Positions 60,144 to 64,000 of a DNA stretch of 64,000 bases are shown here, one piece after another. Below the pieces are notes generated by a model. The model did not search any database. It was not told where the DNA came from and worked only from the letters and a program-made list of their open reading frames with translations. The stretch covers positions 186,001-250,000 of the forward strand of contig CP060758.1 in NCBI GenBank assembly GCA_023205875.1. The letters run 5' to 3'. Made by a program: the position numbers and the translations under genes. Each line of letters begins with the position of its first letter. The first letter of the stretch is position 1. Source of the DNA: Chloropicon primus. Its lineage: Eukaryota.

Positions 60144-61021
60144 GATGCGTTGCTGAGACCGCCTCGTTTGTTTTGCTGCTTCAGGGACGCCGCGTGCTCG
60201 GGAGGGATCGGAGCGAGAGCAGAGTTGCTGGAAGCGAAAGAGGAGCTGAGGGACTTGTGCACGCAGGTGTTCGGGCAGATCAGCGAGCACAAGAAGAACC
60301 TGGATGAGATCTTCTCGAGGGGCTGGCCCAGGTTCGAGAAGCAGGAGCAGGGGGGCACGGTGGTGGTGGTGGAGGACGGGGACCAAAGACCTTTGGGGCG
60401 GCGGGAGGAAGGTGGGCCTCACTTTCGGGTGAGGGTGAGGCCCACTCCGATTGGTCAGGGGATCGAGAGGGGAGCGGGGGAGGCGTCGTCAAGCAAGGGC
60501 GTTGAAGTTTTGCCGGAATCCAGAGTCCACGACCCCTTGGCCAGCTTCAAGGGAGGCGAATTCCTTTCGACTGCGGCCACGCAACTCATGGACGCGGTGG
60601 CCGGGATGGCGAGGACGAAGATTGCGACGGGCCGGAAGGTGGACGAGGAGAGGCTCCGGAGCGAGTTGGAGGGGATCACTCTGGACGTCCTGCCGAGAAT
60701 GCTGCTCCACATGTACACTCTAGGGGTGAGTGAGTCGCGACAGGCCAGTCTTCTTGCTGTTTGTGTTCCTGACGCCCACCACGTCGTTCGTTTTTTTCGG
60801 TTCTGTCGCAGAAACAAATGCCGGCGCCAGAGGCCTTGAAGCAAAGGCCGTGGAAGTACGAGACCTTCGCAAGGAAGATGGACCAAAACTTCACCGAGGT
60901 TCTTTGCCAGGCCGGGAAGAAAGTGGGCCTGAGCAGGGACTTCATCGAGGGGGCCGTGGACAAGTTCACCTCGACGCTCGAGAAGCAGGAGGCCGAGGAG
61001 GACGCAGGAAGAACAAGATAA
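59942..61021 (+). CDS. Hypothetical protein with N-terminal AT-hook-like RPRGRPRGRPR; 3 exons (59942-60069, 60186-60725, 60812-61021)
   Basis: GT-AG introns join ORF-track fragments 60063 and 60818 in frame; the start is uncertain (a possible short upstream exon near 59652). Confidence 0.6.
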
Positions 61022-61095
61022 AACGCAAAGAATGGATCTCCTTCTACTTTTGTACATAAATTAAATCACACGCGCTCGGCGGCCCAGGAGCGTCG

Positions 61096-61437
61096 TCAGA
61101 GGCCCTTCTCGCACAGGGCGTTGATGGCTTTGCCAAAGATGAGATCAACCGAGGAGTTCCAGCTTTGGATCCAAGCGTTCGTGTCGACCATGGGCCCACT
61201 CGACTCCGTGGCCGCGAGGAGCGGCGCCTCAGCCGACTGCTCGTGCTGCTCGTGCTGCTCCTCGCTCGACGGCGCCACGGTGTCCTTGACGAGGTCCAAC
61301 GAAGGGACTCCCGGCAGAGCCTCCGCGAGTTCCCTCGTGTACTCCCACAGGTCCTTCTGCGCAACGTAGTACGCACCGGCCGCAGACCCGACGCCCGCGA
61401 GAAGACCGAAGACCTTCACCCTCTGCATGTAGCTCAT
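61096..61437 (-). CDS. Small single-TM protein, 113 aa; candidate MIC13/QIL1/Mic12-like MICOS subunit
   Basis: N-terminal Gly-rich TM (FGLLAGVGSAAGAYYV) and C-terminal amphipathic IQSWNSSVDLIFG. Confidence 0.55.
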   Translation of the reverse strand: MSYMQRVKVFGLLAGVGSAAGAYYVAQKDLWEYTRELAEALPGVPSLDLVKDTVAPSSEEQHEQHEQSAEAPLLAATESSGPMVDTNAWIQSWNSSVDLIFGKAINALCEKGL

Positions 61438-61856
61438 GATGCCCTCCTCCTTCCGATGTGATGTGATAAGGATCGAATCAAATCAAATCAAATCAATGGG
61501 TCAGTTTCGTTGTTGTTGACGATGATGATGATGATGATGATGATGATGATAGCGTCCCATGTTCTTCCAGGCGTCGATTTCTTCGAGAGAGGGGTCGATG
61601 GAAAGAGGATGACGAGAAGAGGAAGAAATTCATCCAAGTTTCACCTCGTTACGAACCGTCTTCCCCGTCGTTCAAAGCGCTTAAGAAACCCACTAACCTT
61701 CTCCTCCTCGCCCTCTGCGACGGCCGTCCTTCCCTCAGTGTGAAATCGGTTGGAATCGTTTACATCAAAATGCACTCGCAATTCAGGTCTGGAGTGGAGG
61801 ACCTCCCTTTGCCGTCCTTTCCTCCGAGATGAAAAAAACATCCAAACCAACCAATG

Positions 61857-61901
<45 letters not shown>

Positions 61902-62447
61902 GTTGGTGTGTGGCCTTTCCCTCTCTCTCCCTTTCCCACGCCTTTGGCTTTGTCCGTAATCGTCCTATTCGTTTCCGAGAGAGGCCATCCATCCTTTCTC
62001 TCCTCCCCTCCACGAGGAGGCCAAGGTACGTGGATTACAAGATTAAGCGGTTTGAAACGAACGAGACACGTATTCCAAGGACAACACAAAGGTGAGGAAG
62101 ACTGCTCCAAGGCGGACGGAAAGGCAGAAGAGAGGGACACCGGGCGACGCTACGTCTCGTGCTCTTTCGAAAGACCCCTCGGTCGAAGTTTTTGAAGCCG
62201 GTTTGAGGCGCTGACGACCAGGACTTTTCTTTTTCCGTCGCCTTCTCCTTGTTTTCTGGTCAGCAGAAGAGAACACGAAAGGTGAGCGAGCAAAGGGTCG
62301 AGAGCAACACCTCGCACGAGAGCAAAGAGGTCCAAGTCGTACCGTCTTTCCTCTCCTCTGCCCTGAAGACCTGTGGCACTCTCCTCCAACCTCCTTGCTG
62401 ACCAACCACCGTGTTGACCACCTCTGTTCATCCCAACCCAAAACCAG

Positions 62448-62591
62448 ATGCCCTGCCAGACGTCTTGCGAAAGCTGTAAGAACTGCAACAACTGCTCCAA
62501 GTGTGCCTGCGACGCCTGCCAGTGCGCCTGCAACTGCCAGTGCCCCTGCCAGTGCTGCGACGGCAAGTGCTCCAAGGGAAGCTGCTGCTAG
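62448..62591 (+). CDS. Metallothionein-like protein, 47 aa with 18 Cys
   Basis: MPCQTSCESCKNCNNCSKCACDACQCACNCQCPCQCCDGKCSKGSCC*; no aromatic residues; below the ORF-track length cutoff. Confidence 0.9.
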   Translation: MPCQTSCESCKNCNNCSKCACDACQCACNCQCPCQCCDGKCSKGSCC

Positions 62592-62836
62592 TTGCCTTGC
62601 CCCTTCTCTGTCGAGGAGGGACACGAGAACCAAACCAAGAAGCACACCGGAAGGAGTTTTCTTTCATGCTTTGAGCATTAAAGCTGTAATGACAACTTCT
62701 CTTTAGCGCGTCTAGCCCACCAACCCACCGAACCAAAGCGTGCTCCAAGCCGCCTGCTCCTCGTCCAAGAGAAACCGCCTCCGACGCGCTCCAGGGCAGC
62801 AAAGACCACTTGCTCTGCGCAAAGCAAACTCCCACC

Positions 62837-64000
62837 TCACTCTTCCTCCTTGACCTTGACGATGGAAGGGGCCGTCTTGCTGCGCGTTCTCTTCGACGAC
62901 GGACGACGAGGAGCAGCTTTGCAGAGCCCGACCTCTTCCAGGTACTCTCTCTTCACAATGCATTGTTCCTTGTCGCTCAGCTTAAGAGATGCGTCCGCAA
63001 AGATGATCCTCAACGCCTCGTTGTAGTCCGCGATCTCCCTCTTCTTCTCCGGCGACTTGCTGTCATAACGCTGGGCCTCCTGCACTGCGCTGGCGTACTC
63101 CTCCTCCGTCATCAGGCCGGACTCGAGAGCCTCTCTCAAATCCAAAGCATAGGGAGAAGGAGAAGGAGATCTCGTCGTCTTCATGTTGTTGTTGTTGGTG
63201 GTGGCGTTGGAATTCTGCTCATTGAGGTTGTCGGCGGTTGATCGATTCAAGTATTCCTTGGCAATGGCATACGTTCCACGTTCAGTGCGAACAAAGCGGG
63301 GGCTCTGTGAACACGCACAACAGACAGTGACCCGCATTATCTCAACATCAGTAGAAAGAGAACCATCTTTCCGCTTGAACACATACAACTTCTTGGCCTG
63401 GATCTTGGCATGGATCTCTCTGTAGTGCAAGCTCCCTCCCGCTTCTTGAAGAACGCGGTAGATGGCATCCCGAAGCGGGGAGGTGCTGACAGCACCTTGA
63501 GTATTGGACCCATTCAAGTATTCCTTGGCAATGGCATACATTCCCAAGGCAGTGCGAACAAAGAGGGGGCTCTGTAAACAAGCAGTCCCGACCCTCTTCT
63601 GCATTACCTTCAGATCAGTATGAACAGAGCCATCTCTCCGCCTGAACACATACAACTTCTTCGCCCGGATCTTGGCATGGATCTCTTCGTAGTGCAAGCT
63701 TCCTCCCGCTTCTTGAAGAACGCGGTAGATGGCATCCCGAAGCGGTGAGGGCCTGACAGCACCTTGAGTATTGGACCCATTCAAGTATTCCTTGGCAATG
63801 GCATACATTCCCAAGGCAGTGCGAACAAAGAGGGGGCTCTGTAAACAAGCAGTCCCGACCCTCTTCTGCATTACCTTCAGATCAGTATGAACAGAGCCAT
63901 CTCTCCGCCTGAACACATACAACTTCTTCGCCCGGATCTTGGCATGGATCTCTTCGTAGTGCAAGCTTCCTCCCGCTTCTTGAAGAACGCGGTAGATGGC
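62837..64000 (-). CDS. 3' part of a gene with at least 3 tandem HARE-HTH (HB1/ASXL-type winged HTH) domains and a SHOCT-like C-terminal motif
   Basis: 89-aa repeats PLRDAIYRVLQEAGGSLHYEEIHAKI...PLFVRTALGMYAI; LDLREALESGLMTEEEY near the C-terminus; the frame is open to the window edge. Confidence 0.75.
   Translation of the reverse strand, partial: AIYRVLQEAGGSLHYEEIHAKIRAKKLYVFRRRDGSVHTDLKVMQKRVGTACLQSPLFVRTALGMYAIAKEYLNGSNTQGAVRPSPLRDAIYRVLQEAGGSLHYEEIHAKIRAKKLYVFRRRDGSVHTDLKVMQKRVGTACLQSPLFVRTALGMYAIAKEYLNGSNTQGAVSTSPLRDAIYRVLQEAGGSLHYREIHAKIQAKKLYVFKRKDGSLSTDVEIMRVTVCCACSQSPRFVRTERGTYAIAKEYLNRSTADNLNEQNSNATTNNNNMKTTRSPSPSPYALDLREALESGLMTEEEYASAVQEAQRYDSKSPEKKREIADYNEALRIIFADASLKLSDKEQCIVKREYLEEVGLCKAAPRRPSSKRTRSKTAPSIVKVKEEE
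63240..64000. repeat. Coding tandem repeat, 267-bp unit, at least 3 copies
   Basis: cttcttgaagaacgcggtagatggc ends at 63466, 63733 and 64000. Confidence 0.93.

Noticed and set aside
1..64000. Transposase, reverse transcriptase, viral, rRNA or tRNA genes
   Set aside because: None recognised by eye; small RNA genes could have been missed without covariance-model searches.

Overview
Gene-dense eukaryotic nuclear DNA with short GT-AG introns, short intergenic spacers and many (GA)n/(CT)n microsatellites. A thylakoid PsbP-domain gene points to a photosynthetic organism, most likely a compact-genome green alga (inference; it resembles Chloropicon/prasinophyte genomes). About 28 protein genes can be supported. 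The recognisable ones are a partial PAN2-like gene, SDHAF2, a Myb-JAMM (MYSM1-like) gene, PMS2, a WDR49/CFAP337-like gene, PPD6, a tRNA-binding OB-fold protein, an m-AAA FtsH, an ENT transporter, a HI0933 flavoprotein, a TYW3-TYW2 fusion, ARL3, NUP205, RPA3, a TMEM17-family gene and ORC2. The top candidate for something undescribed is a 724-aa fusion of a highly divergent SDR-like domain to a PHS1/HACD dehydratase, possibly a bifunctional fatty-acid elongation enzyme. Other highlights: a ~4360-aa repeat-rich surface receptor; a UAP56-binding-motif protein with an H1-like tail; a MATH domain apparently inserted inside a BTB domain; tandem HARE-HTH repeats; small genes missed or fragmented by the ORF track (metallothionein, 61-aa microprotein, myristoylated protein); a MIC13-like protein; a 221-bp tandem array; and recurrent palindromic upstream motifs. 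Exon boundaries were read by eye and family calls come from remembered motifs, not database searches.
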